A DNA stretch of 64,000 nucleotides from a bacterium (lineage in GTDB: Bacteria > Electryoneota > Electryoneia > Electryoneales > Electryoneaceae). A program made the translations under genes and the position numbers. Location of the stretch: positions 5,024,001 to 5,088,000 of the forward strand of contig OY769902.1 in NCBI GenBank assembly GCA_963669175.1, given 5' to 3'. Of this stretch, positions 1 to 8,361 are shown in pieces. The notes under the pieces are model-generated. The model did not search any database. It saw nothing but the letters and a program-made list of their open reading frames with translations, and had not been told where the DNA came from. Within the stretch, counting starts at the first letter, position 1. The number at the start of each line of letters is the position of its first letter.

Positions 1-405
1 GCCACTGCCATCGACATAGCCACGGTTGAACGCAATGTGTACGTCCGAGTTCGGGCCTGGCTTGTCCATCCAGGAGAAGAACGCAACATTCGTTTCCGTG
101 CTACCATTGACTGATACACCATCCGGGGTAAAAGCAACCATGCGACCCATTGTGCAGTTATGCTGGGCGTTGTAGTAGGTGTTACCAACGCTCAACGTGT
201 CGCCCATGTACTCATCCAGCTCATTGAAACCTGCGTTCTGGGAAGGACTCCAGACGTATTCAGGTATTGCATGCTGGTTTGAAAAATTATCGCTGGGGTA
301 AGCGATGGTGGCTGGGACCTTGTGGTCAATGTAGTCAGCAGCTACACCGACGCTAACCGAGAACGTCAGTAGTATTACAGCCAACAACAGTACACTCCGC
401 TTCAT
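1..405 (-). CDS. Secreted protein, N-terminal part only (runs off the left edge of the window)
   Basis: Not in the ORF track because it has no stop in the window. ATG at 405 with GGAGG RBS, open to base 1. Translates MKRSVLLLAVILLTFSVSVGVAADYIDHKVP..., a clear Sec signal peptide. Confidence 0.8.
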   Translation of the reverse strand, partial: MKRSVLLLAVILLTFSVSVGVAADYIDHKVPATIAYPSDNFSNQHAIPEYVWSPSQNAGFNELDEYMGDTLSVGNTYYNAQHNCTMGRMVAFTPDGVSVNGSTETNVAFFSWMDKPGPNSDVHIAFNRGYVDGSG

Positions 406-1412
406 GATACCTCCATCCTTGGGAACCGTGCCTATACCGGACGTTTGACCACTCCCCCTTACAAAGTGGACTCGTCACTGCGTCTGGTTCTGGGAATACA
501 CCACGGTTCAGTTATCGCTTTGCTAGGCTCCTGATCGAACACAATGGTTTGCTGCAATCCAACATTTATAAACTACAAACAACACCCTATGCAATGCCAG
601 TGAGAGACCCCGCTTGAACAGGTTTGACTCGCAAACCAGTTCTTGACTTGTAGTGGATGCAAGTCCCTTCAAATGTTAAGACTTCCTTATACAATCTGGC
701 AATATTTAACTATCTCCAAAAATACCAAAGAAAATAGAAAATATTTTACAGTTTCCGGTCCTTGATGAGACGATGAATTGCAATAACATAAAACTCATAA
801 TAACAATATTATACAATGCTTTTTCATTCTTTTTTAGCGATAGATCTCACAAGCTCCAATCCCTGTTTTCAAACAAAAATCAAAGAATATTTTTTTATAC
901 AGCTCATACCAATTTTGCACCTTTGTCGAACTCGAGCGAAGTTAGTTTTTTCACCGAAAACGGCAAAGAGGCCAATACTATCTCGCTGACGCAAAGACAC
1001 TCTGAAGTGAGCGGTGGTTCGCTCCCTTTTTCACACGATCCGGCTGTTGGTGCGTCAGATTGTATGAAGCTTATCAGGAGGCTCGTGTCCGTTTCAGCGC
1101 ACATATACAATAGTAACAGGATATATCGGCAATATTTCAACATAATCGAAAACCAGCAGACATAAGGTGAGAGTATCTTTGAACAGAGAATTTGCTTTAT
1201 CGGCTCTGATCTTTTTCATATTCGCGATTCAAGTACTGTCAAAATGTATAGAATTACCAAAAGGACTAAAAACAGGTATTACGCTAAAGATCACGAGCTC
1301 TAAAATTATAGTTTTCATACTCTTTGACTTGATTTGTTTTTTCGTGAATTCTATCTTTGTAAAGATAGATTTAATATCCCTTGGATTTCGTCATCTATCG
1401 GGGAGGTTAATC

Positions 1413-1850
1413 ATGTCTGTTGTTGAAGACTCAAAATGTAATCCGGTAGCCCTTGTTGTTGACGATGACTGCCAGATGACCCGCCTTTTGGGCGCATTCC
1501 TTCAGGATGTTGGCTTTCAAACCATAGCAGCACATGATGGTTTGCAGGGTGAGAAGGTTTTCATGGAAAAACACCCTGATCTTGTGGTCAGTGATATTCA
1601 CATGCCTGGACAGAACGGTCTGATATTACTGAAAAAGATCAAGCATGTTTCTCCTCATACAGTGGTAATTCTGATAACCGGCCACCAGCATTATGAGCAG
1701 TTGGTGAGTTATTCCAAAACCCCGCCTGACGGTTTTTTTGTCAAACCTTTTGATGTGGATCGGTTTCTGGATAGCATACGCCTTGCATTTTACAATGCGC
1801 GCATGCAGCAGAACATGCGGATACGGACCAGGAATGAGGTTGTACACTAA
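1413..1850 (+). CDS. Single-domain response regulator (REC)
   Basis: Motifs VVDDD, PDLVVSDIHMPGQNG, ILITGH and FVKPF. GGAGG RBS precedes ATG 1413; the longer 1167 start is unlikely. Confidence 0.88.
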   Translation: MSVVEDSKCNPVALVVDDDCQMTRLLGAFLQDVGFQTIAAHDGLQGEKVFMEKHPDLVVSDIHMPGQNGLILLKKIKHVSPHTVVILITGHQHYEQLVSYSKTPPDGFFVKPFDVDRFLDSIRLAFYNARMQQNMRIRTRNEVVH

Positions 1851-1864
1851 GTTTTCATTGTCAC

Positions 1865-2530
1865 CTATTCTGAAAGCAACTCGCGGAAGCGTTCAAACTT
1901 GTATTCTTCACCGACTGCCAGTTCACTTGCGGTCATACCACCGATATCCCTGGCATCTTTATTGGCGCCATGTTCCAGCAATACTCTTCCGGACGCGATA
2001 GCGCCAGCGGCCGCTGCATAGTGTAAGGGTGTTCTTCCTGACGATGCGGCGACTGTATTGGGATCACATCCCTTTTCCAACAGGATTCGGACAATATTTA
2101 CCGCATTTCCCGCGGCAGCCATATGGATCGGTTCCACTTTCTGAGGGCCGCCGACAAGATGCATATCCGCCCCATCGTCCAGCAGCAGGGTGGCAATATC
2201 AGCATTATTGATTCCTGAAGCGATCAGCAGCGGTGTAAACCCGACTTGATCCTGTACATTCACATTGGCCCCCGCTTTCAGGAGCAATTCCGTAACTGAG
2301 ATGGAATTGTTAAAGGAAGCCACATGTAACGCAGTACCCCCGTGCTCGTTTGCAGAATCAGGGTCAGCTCCTTCCTGGATCAGGTAGGCTGCCAGGAGGG
2401 AATCATTATTCATGGCTGCATGAAAGAGATTCTTCCCTTCCCATTTCTCCTGAAACTGAATTTTCTTTTCTCCGCAGGAAACGAACAAAAGGAGAGAGAA
2501 TACGGCCAGGAATATGTATGAGTAACGCAT
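1865..2530 (-). CDS. Ankyrin-repeat lipoprotein
   Basis: Lipobox-like FVSC after a hydrophobic stretch. Repeats GGTALHVA, GFTPLLIA, VEPIHMAA, GRTPLHYAA with LLxxGAxxN. Confidence 0.9.
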   Translation of the reverse strand: MRYSYIFLAVFSLLLFVSCGEKKIQFQEKWEGKNLFHAAMNNDSLLAAYLIQEGADPDSANEHGGTALHVASFNNSISVTELLLKAGANVNVQDQVGFTPLLIASGINNADIATLLLDDGADMHLVGGPQKVEPIHMAAAGNAVNIVRILLEKGCDPNTVAASSGRTPLHYAAAAGAIASGRVLLEHGANKDARDIGGMTASELAVGEEYKFERFRELLSE

Positions 2531-2563
2531 GTGGGATCCTGTGGTAAAACTGTGTTGGGCCGC

Positions 2564-3364
2564 TTACGGAACAGGAAAATATAAGGACACTACAGTACCC
2601 TTTCCAGGCGAGCTGTTCAGCGCGACAAATCCATTGTGATGCGTGACAAAGAAGCGGACCTTGTCAAACCCCATCCCAAAGACCTTCAATGGCCTGCTAC
2701 GAGCCAACGCGGGATTCAGCAACTGCTCAATCTCCGGCTGATTGAGACTACGCCCACAGTACCCGATATGAATACTGGCAAACTTTCCTGAGACAGGTTC
2801 ATCTGTGTCAATCACTGGTGCATTGTCAAGTTCTTCAACAACGCTGTTGATATGTAATTCACCCTTGTCCTGCATATATTCACGCGCCATCATGCAAATA
2901 TGCGCAATCGACTGCTCCAGTTGCTGACGATCCGCCAGAATTTCAGGCATTCCGGGATCGGTAGACAGGGTAACGGTTGCGTCCATGGACACGATCCGTT
3001 GCATCATGGGTTTCAACTCTTCGACCAGTTCATTCAGGTTGATCGATTCCGGATTGTATATTGTCTTTCTTCCCAGTGCTTTCAGTTTATCGACCAACGG
3101 GTGCGTCCTTGAAACCGCGTTTTGAAGATGATCCAGATGAACCAGCGCAGGATGATCCTTCTCAAGTTTTAAAGCGATTAATTCACCACGACCATGAATT
3201 ACCGCAAGCAGGTTGCCTAAATCATGCGACAATTCATACACAGCCCTTAAAAGATGATCTTTCTCCAGTGTTGCACCTTCACCATCCTTCTTCGGCTGCT
3301 TTAATTGCACGTTAGCGTCTTCGCTCATCTCCAATACCTTCATGATGAATGTCGAATAAGTCAA
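2564..3364 (-). CDS. Histidine-kinase-like protein with intact H-box and degenerate HATPase domain (ChpT-like phosphotransferase candidate)
   Basis: H-box ELSHDLGNLLAVIHG is intact. The N, G1 and F boxes are replaced; SSPGKGTVVSLYFP tail is retained. Start codon uncertain. Confidence 0.7.
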   Translation of the reverse strand: MTYSTFIMKVLEMSEDANVQLKQPKKDGEGATLEKDHLLRAVYELSHDLGNLLAVIHGRGELIALKLEKDHPALVHLDHLQNAVSRTHPLVDKLKALGRKTIYNPESINLNELVEELKPMMQRIVSMDATVTLSTDPGMPEILADRQQLEQSIAHICMMAREYMQDKGELHINSVVEELDNAPVIDTDEPVSGKFASIHIGYCGRSLNQPEIEQLLNPALARSRPLKVFGMGFDKVRFFVTHHNGFVALNSSPGKGTVVSLYFPVP

Positions 3365-3477
3365 ACATACTACAAATCCGGAAGGAAAAAAACACGAAAA
3401 AGGATAAATGGTGGCAATGATGGATGGAAGTCACCTGACATCGTGTGGCAAAGATTGGCCGACATCAATCAATAATT

Positions 3478-3795
3478 TCAGGCATACCGGTCAACTTTGC
3501 GGGTACTCTCCCATTCCTCACCGGCAATTCGCAGAGAGCGTTCAGCTTCGGCAGCTTCTGTCATCTGGGCATCTGTCGGCGGCGCTTCACTTTCAGGACG
3601 TTCCGGCTGCCGTGCGGGTTGAGAATCCTTCTCAACTCTCTCTTCACGAATAGTACTTTGCTTTCGTTGTGATGATTCCGTGTTTTCCTGCTTCACCTCG
3701 TTGCGTTGTTGCTGCTTTTCGGGATTCCTCTCCATATAGGAATACTCCGGAATCATCCTTGCGCCAACCCCAGGCATTAAGTCGTTGTTCTGCAT
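3478..3795 (-). CDS. Small hydrophilic hypothetical protein ending ...TRKVDRYA
   Basis: GAGGT RBS before ATG 3795. Co-oriented with the cluster and carries the shared C-terminal motif without the Gly. Confidence 0.65.
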   Translation of the reverse strand: MQNNDLMPGVGARMIPEYSYMERNPEKQQQRNEVKQENTESSQRKQSTIREERVEKDSQPARQPERPESEAPPTDAQMTEAAEAERSLRIAGEEWESTRKVDRYA

Positions 3796-3824
3796 CTTAC
3801 ACCTCAAAAATGGTAGTATTCACA

Positions 3825-4031
3825 TCAATAATAACAATCCACCTGGCTACCCAGACCTGAACCAGCTTCGTTGCTGAAGGGCACCTCGAAGGAATCCTGA
3901 ATCTCTTCCTCCTCCTGGTCCAGCATCAGCATGACATCCACATACATCCTAAATGAGCCACCTTTTCCCGATGAGCCAGATCTGCTCTCAGGAAATGCCT
4001 GTTGCAAAAAACCACTTTCAGAATCTTGCAT
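3825..4031 (-). CDS. Small hypothetical protein ending ...GLGSQVDCYY
   Basis: GGAG RBS before ATG 4031; shared C-terminal motif. Confidence 0.6.
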   Translation of the reverse strand: MQDSESGFLQQAFPESRSGSSGKGGSFRMYVDVMLMLDQEEEEIQDSFEVPFSNEAGSGLGSQVDCYY

Positions 4032-4065
4032 GTTTTCTACTCCATTTTCGGGATACGATCCTTTA

Positions 4066-4290
4066 TCAGATTTGAATATCAAGTGTCTGCCCCATTATTC
4101 CCGCTTTCATGGCATCTTGCATTCCACCCATTGACGAGTAATTTGCCGAAACTGGGGCTTGTTTCATGGAGGCTGATGTCTTCTCAGTCGCGCTGCCAGA
4201 AGACTTTACCGAGTTTGACCTGGACCTGGGTAAAGACCACGCCGAAAACGTACCAAGTAGTGGTCTTGCTGCCACACCTGAAAAATTCAT
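4066..4290 (-). CDS. Small Ser-rich hypothetical protein ending ...MGQTLDIQI
   Basis: GGAGG RBS, ATG 4290; shared C-terminal motif. Confidence 0.65.
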   Translation of the reverse strand: MNFSGVAARPLLGTFSAWSLPRSRSNSVKSSGSATEKTSASMKQAPVSANYSSMGGMQDAMKAGIMGQTLDIQI

Positions 4291-4303
4291 TTCAGCCTCC
4301 TGC

Positions 4304-4501
4304 TCACCCCAGTGTGTTCAAATTCTGCCCCACACCGCTCGGCGCTGGAATCAGGGACGCCACCATGCGCTGGTTTTCCCAGGACATGGTCAATATCCCG
4401 GTCCAGACACTCATCGCATCACTTGCATCCTGCGCCATCTGCAGATCCTGAGAAGAAGAATCCGATGATGTCGTAACACTTGTACTTGAAATGCCATCCA
4501 T
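4304..4501 (-). CDS. YjfB-like small putative motility protein ending ...GVGQNLNTLG
   Basis: GGAGG RBS. 65 aa with Ser-rich N-terminus and PxxxGQNL[DN] tail, resembling the YjfB motility family. Confidence 0.6.
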   Translation of the reverse strand: MDGISSTSVTTSSDSSSQDLQMAQDASDAMSVWTGILTMSWENQRMVASLIPAPSGVGQNLNTLG

Positions 4502-4544
4502 GCTCTGTATCCTCCGTCACTTTATCCTCAATTGCATCTATCAT

Positions 4545-4793
4545 TCAGGCCATCACATCTATTTTTTGTCCGTTGTTTGAATTCGCATGCATTCGCGTCA
4601 CCATCCTGTCCACTTCAAACACCTGCCTCAGCACAATCAGGGAAGCTTCATGTTGTGTCATGGCTGAACGGTAATTGACATAGGAACGTACCGGGTCTTT
4701 TGTCATGCCGTCCATGGCCTTCTCCAGCGCTGCCTGGCTACGATCTAATGAGGCTAATACCGTGCTGTATGTCGTTCCGGTTGCCTTGATCAT
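4545..4793 (-). CDS. Small protein with weak resemblance to flagellar axial-protein C-terminal helix, ending ...NGQKIDVMA
   Basis: DPVRSYVNYRSAMTQHEASLIVLRQVFEVDRM resembles the Flg_bbr_C pattern. ATGA overlap with the upstream gene. Confidence 0.6.
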   Translation of the reverse strand: MIKATGTTYSTVLASLDRSQAALEKAMDGMTKDPVRSYVNYRSAMTQHEASLIVLRQVFEVDRMVTRMHANSNNGQKIDVMA

Positions 4794-5164
4794 TTTGCCC
4801 GCTTCCGCGTCTTCTCAACCTGATCCTTGCGAATTCGGGTTTGCGTCTCGATAATGCATCCCTCGTTCGACAACGAATCCTGCAGCAGGATTTCGGTCTG
4901 AATGCGAATCCGAATTCCTGTTCCCTCATTTTCTATACTGATCTTTCCCGACGGCTGAGATTCATTTGTTTTGTCCTGTACCTGAGGAACCGGCAGCAGG
5001 TCATCCACATTTCCCAGCCTTCTCACCCTTGCCCTGAATTGAGCGCCAGGGGGCGCATAGGTTTTGAATTCTTCTTCTATTTCCTCATCTCGCCAGGTAT
5101 CGTCCTGCCAGATTACCGGGTTCCGTGGGATCAACGCCTTGTTCGGTCTGACGGGATCGCTCAT
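4790..5164 (-). CDS. Hypothetical protein (124 aa)
   Basis: ATGA overlaps on both sides indicate translational coupling. Confidence 0.65.
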   Translation of the reverse strand: MSDPVRPNKALIPRNPVIWQDDTWRDEEIEEEFKTYAPPGAQFRARVRRLGNVDDLLPVPQVQDKTNESQPSGKISIENEGTGIRIRIQTEILLQDSLSNEGCIIETQTRIRKDQVEKTRKRAK

Positions 5165-6498
5165 GCAACCCTCAGGAACTGACCGTAAGAGCGTTCGCCC
5201 ATCCCGAAACCATATGCCCGGTAGGCTTTTGTCGCCAGGGATCCTGCATCGGAATCCGGATAGGCGACAGCGATCTCAGCAGCATCCCTTGTCAATCCTT
5301 CAGCGACATTCTCATTTCGGGCAGCCATCATGGACAGGGAAACATTATTATCGAACAGGTGTTCCGGTATTCCGCTGTCTCCCCCCCCTGTAGCCTGCTT
5401 CGCCCGGTCTGCCCAATAGGTGGCAGAAAGGTCACTTGAAGAAGTAGAATCCGAGTTGATATCCTGTCCATTCAACCAGGTCGCAACACTGTCATCGCCT
5501 TTACTGGTAAGTGAATCGGACCAGACTGCTTCAGCCAGATCATCACGTCCTTCGAAAAAACGACCTTCGTATCCGTTATAAGGAAAGCTGCCCATTTTCT
5601 CTGCTGCTTCATCGGCCAGTTGATCACGCATTTCATCTTCTACCGTACCGACCTTACGCTTGAATTCCTCTGCGTAATCCTTGTCCTGCTCAACCCATTC
5701 ACGTGTTCCCGCATCATCCAATAACTTCAACGCAGCAAGCGGATGATCTTCCATGAATTCATCATCCAGCACTTCCTTTGTGGTGCTGCTCAACTCGTCA
5801 TCAAGTTCTTCACGCACCTTTTCACGGCTATCATCACGAAGCGCCGTGGTGGGGTTCGTTTCCAGGTTCTCTTTCAGGTCAGGATCTCTTTTCAGTTCGT
5901 CCGCGAGTCCACCACGGTTTTCCAGCGCCATGCGTGCAACATCAGGCTGGCTCAGCCACGTATTCTTGTCCACCCCCGCAACGATGGTATTCTCAGCCTG
6001 TTCGGTCAGGTCTTTGTCCTGATGCTGGGCCATGGTCGGGTCGCCTTCCACATAGCCTTCGCGTGGATCTTTATTCTCGACCAGGTAATCCCGCACTTCG
6101 CTGTCCTTGCGGGCAAAGACCGTATCCTCAGGATCACGGCTGCTGCGAGCATCCACCGCTTCCGCGTTTTCGTCTGCATAGTGAACTTCCGCGTCTTTCA
6201 ACGGATTGTCCCAAAAACTGCTTTTGTCCTGACCGATGTACTTCTCACCCATCGGGGTTCGCTGCAATGGGTTCAGGGTATCGTTGAAGGAATAGGTGTC
6301 TTTTGATTGGGTATAGAAGGGTGAGGTCGGGTTGATTCCACGGAAGCGTGATGAGCTGGTATCGGCCTGATCCTTTGCCACAGCGGTTTCGAAGGAGGTT
6401 GTTCTTGAGCCGGACCATCCCATGCGACGAGACAACTCGGTGTTTCGTCCCAGGAAGGAAACTGCATCAGCACTGGTATTCAGAACTGTACTGCTCAC
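5161..6498 (-). CDS. Acidic hypothetical protein (445 aa), first gene of the small-protein cluster
   Basis: Long ORF with GTG start after GGTGAG. Ser/Thr-rich N-terminus, Asp/Glu-rich body, no Sec signal; ends YGQFLRVA. Confidence 0.8.
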   Translation of the reverse strand: MSSTVLNTSADAVSFLGRNTELSRRMGWSGSRTTSFETAVAKDQADTSSSRFRGINPTSPFYTQSKDTYSFNDTLNPLQRTPMGEKYIGQDKSSFWDNPLKDAEVHYADENAEAVDARSSRDPEDTVFARKDSEVRDYLVENKDPREGYVEGDPTMAQHQDKDLTEQAENTIVAGVDKNTWLSQPDVARMALENRGGLADELKRDPDLKENLETNPTTALRDDSREKVREELDDELSSTTKEVLDDEFMEDHPLAALKLLDDAGTREWVEQDKDYAEEFKRKVGTVEDEMRDQLADEAAEKMGSFPYNGYEGRFFEGRDDLAEAVWSDSLTSKGDDSVATWLNGQDINSDSTSSSDLSATYWADRAKQATGGGDSGIPEHLFDNNVSLSMMAARNENVAEGLTRDAAEIAVAYPDSDAGSLATKAYRAYGFGMGERSYGQFLRVA

Positions 6499-6531
6499 GT
6501 TCTCACCCGTGTATGGTCTGGCTCGACCGGC

Positions 6532-6558
6532 TCAAGTTTCTGCTGGCGCTTCCGATAA
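6532..6558 (+). promoter_or_regulatory. Sigma28 (FliA)-like promoter motif
   Basis: TCAAG-N14-TCCGATAA versus consensus T(C/A)AAG-N14/15-GCCGATAA. Confidence 0.4.
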
Positions 6559-7023
6559 TAGATGTGAGGTTAACCGTGCGGATTAAACCGTCGTGGCGTG
6601 TAACAACGCCCCCTGCTGCCACAGGTAAATGACGGTTGCAAGTCCATCTGTTCAGGCACATTCCATCCTTCTCCTTGGATGAATTCCGCTGACTTCCCAC
6701 GGTTGCCTCTTTTTCTCTCCGCATTCCAACTTTTGCTGCAATTCTTGTTTCACGCAAAGCCCCCCGACAACAGCATTCGAGGGCAGGGTACAAGTCGCAA
6801 AGAAAGAAAATCAAAAAGAACGCGTAAACATTTAAACATCTTTAACAACATTCTTATCCTACAGGCTTCATTTACAAAGCATTATCTTTTATCCTTGACA
6901 TCCTTCTTATCCTGTTAATCCTGTAAATTCTTGTAAAACTGAAGGACAAGAATACAGTCAGACAGCCTGTTGAGGCAGTTGGAGTGGTGCAGCAATCGGG
7001 ATGGATGTTGGAAGGAAACGGTG

Positions 7024-7048
7024 CAGGGTTCCGTTTAACGGAACCCTG
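7024..7048. terminator. Perfect hairpin downstream of the 7063 gene
   Basis: CAGGGTTCCGTT-T-AACGGAACCCTG. Confidence 0.6.
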
Positions 7049-7062
7049 TCACCATCAACAGA

Positions 7063-7368
7063 TCAGGAATCCAGGGTTTCTCGTGCCATCTGGTAGCCGA
7101 CTGACAACCAGTTGTCCGAGACTGCCTGGGTAGTCTCCTCCGGTAACGCAGCTTCCACAGGTTCCCCTGATTCGGCACGCGCTGCCTGACGGCCTTCTTC
7201 GCTGATTTCTACCTTGTCATGAAGATCGGGGATAAGACTCGCAGCAAACCCTTCGCTCCGCTTTGACTCAGAGGAACGACTTTCGCTGCGATCCGCTTTC
7301 TTCGATTTCTCGGTAGAACGAATCGGCTCGAGACTGTTTCCGTAGATGGCCTTGATGAGATCGCCCAT
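7063..7368 (-). CDS. Small protein with FlgM-like DKVEISEEG motif
   Basis: GGGAG RBS. Low-complexity N-terminus followed by HDKVEISEEGRQAA. Confidence 0.65.
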   Translation of the reverse strand: MGDLIKAIYGNSLEPIRSTEKSKKADRSESRSSESKRSEGFAASLIPDLHDKVEISEEGRQAARAESGEPVEAALPEETTQAVSDNWLSVGYQMARETLDS

Positions 7369-7431
7369 CATTGCTCCCAAGCTTCAGGCCCATTCCATCC
7401 GGCGCTGCCACACCGGTTCCGCTTTTAAAGA

Positions 7432-7448
7432 TACAAAGGCTGTGCCAA
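7432..7448 (-). promoter_or_regulatory. Sigma54-like -24/-12 promoter motif
   Basis: Minus strand reads TTGGCACAGCCTTTGTA versus TGGCAC-N5-TTGCW (one mismatch at -12), about 60 nt upstream of the 7368 start. Confidence 0.4.
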
Positions 7449-7692
7449 AGGAACGGGCTTTGAGTACACAGTTAATATACAACATGTTACATCAAAACGC
7501 GAACCGATTACTTGAAGTTTCTGAACCTGTTTGTGAGACGTCCTGGTGACTCTTCTGTTCAGGCTCTATCATACATGTTTATTATCAATAGCTTAGCCGG
7601 ATACGTTTTCGTAGCACCTTTGATTAAAACGAAAATGGGACAGATCGCCGTGGGTCAGTCCCTGTTTTTCGTCAACAAAATGGAAACGGTTT

Positions 7693-7745
7693 GTGTGGCC
7701 CGGCGTGCCTGGTGCGCCTAGGCGCTTTGCACCCGGGCCACGCGG
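7693..7745. repeat. REP-like palindrome, GTGGCCCGG...CACCCGGGC family
   Basis: Related copies at about 10066, 10245, 38707 and 58957. Confidence 0.7.
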
Positions 7746-7764
7746 CTTGTTACTGGTTTAACTG

Positions 7765-7930
7765 TTCTCGATTTTATTCCGTCATACTGAGATTGCCAGG
7801 AAAAGGGGATAGCCACCTTTCCCGAACCATATACACATCAGGTCCACTTGATTCAAGGGAAAGGAAACTGTCCCTTTTTTCCATATCCTCTTTCCCCATC
7901 AACACTAAATCGTTCATTGGATACTATCAC
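7765..7930. mobile_element. Palindromic MITE-like element, GGGAYAG...CTGTCCC family (subtype A)
   Basis: AAAAGGGGATAGCCACCTTTCCC...GGGAAAGGAAACTGTCCCTTTT. Flanks are homologous to those at 25785-26150; another copy at 38766-38848. Confidence 0.7.
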
Positions 7931-7956
7931 GACGGTTTATTTTCAAGATTTGCTAT

Positions 7957-8194
7957 ACTCCGCAGGAGTTAGATAGGTGAGCCCGGGGTTGGCGCAGTCT
8001 GTTTTGCGCCTACCCCGGGTTCGCATATAAGAGGATTTCAACTCTGGAAGAGTTGGATAACGGCAGAAACCTGAGAGGGGCCTGGAAAGCTCTATCCAAC
8101 TCCTTTGGAGTTGATACGTTTGGTTTCTTCTCCCCGGGTGCGTGCCAAACAGTCGGCACGTACCCGGGGCTCACCTATCCAACTCCTGCGGAGT
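7957..8194. mobile_element. MITE/REP-like element with ~30-bp terminal inverted repeats and internal AACTC-N-GAGTT hairpins
   Basis: ACTCCGCAGGAGTTAGATAGGTGAGCCCGGGG ... CCCGGGGCTCACCTATCCAACTCCTGCGGAGT. Confidence 0.75.
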
Positions 8195-8361
8195 TGCAAT
8201 TAATTCTGCCAAAGGTTTTCACATCCCGCATTTGCTTGATATTCACGGATAAAACTTTACCATAGATTGATACAAATGTGACCTGCTATTGCTTTTTGAT
8301 AACATTGAAAATAGCTTGCTGGTTGAAAGATCAAAGCAGCACGTACTATCCAGGGTGTTAT

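Noticed and set aside
773-1412. ORFs 773-1165 and 904-1143, and the N-terminal extension 1167-1412 of the response regulator
   Set aside because: AT-rich intergenic sequence with no recognisable motifs; a strong RBS marks ATG 1413.
6855-6930. ATCCTG-rich tracts as possible small ORFs or regulatory arrays
   Set aside because: Degenerate low-complexity repeat recurring in several intergenic gaps, with no coding signal.
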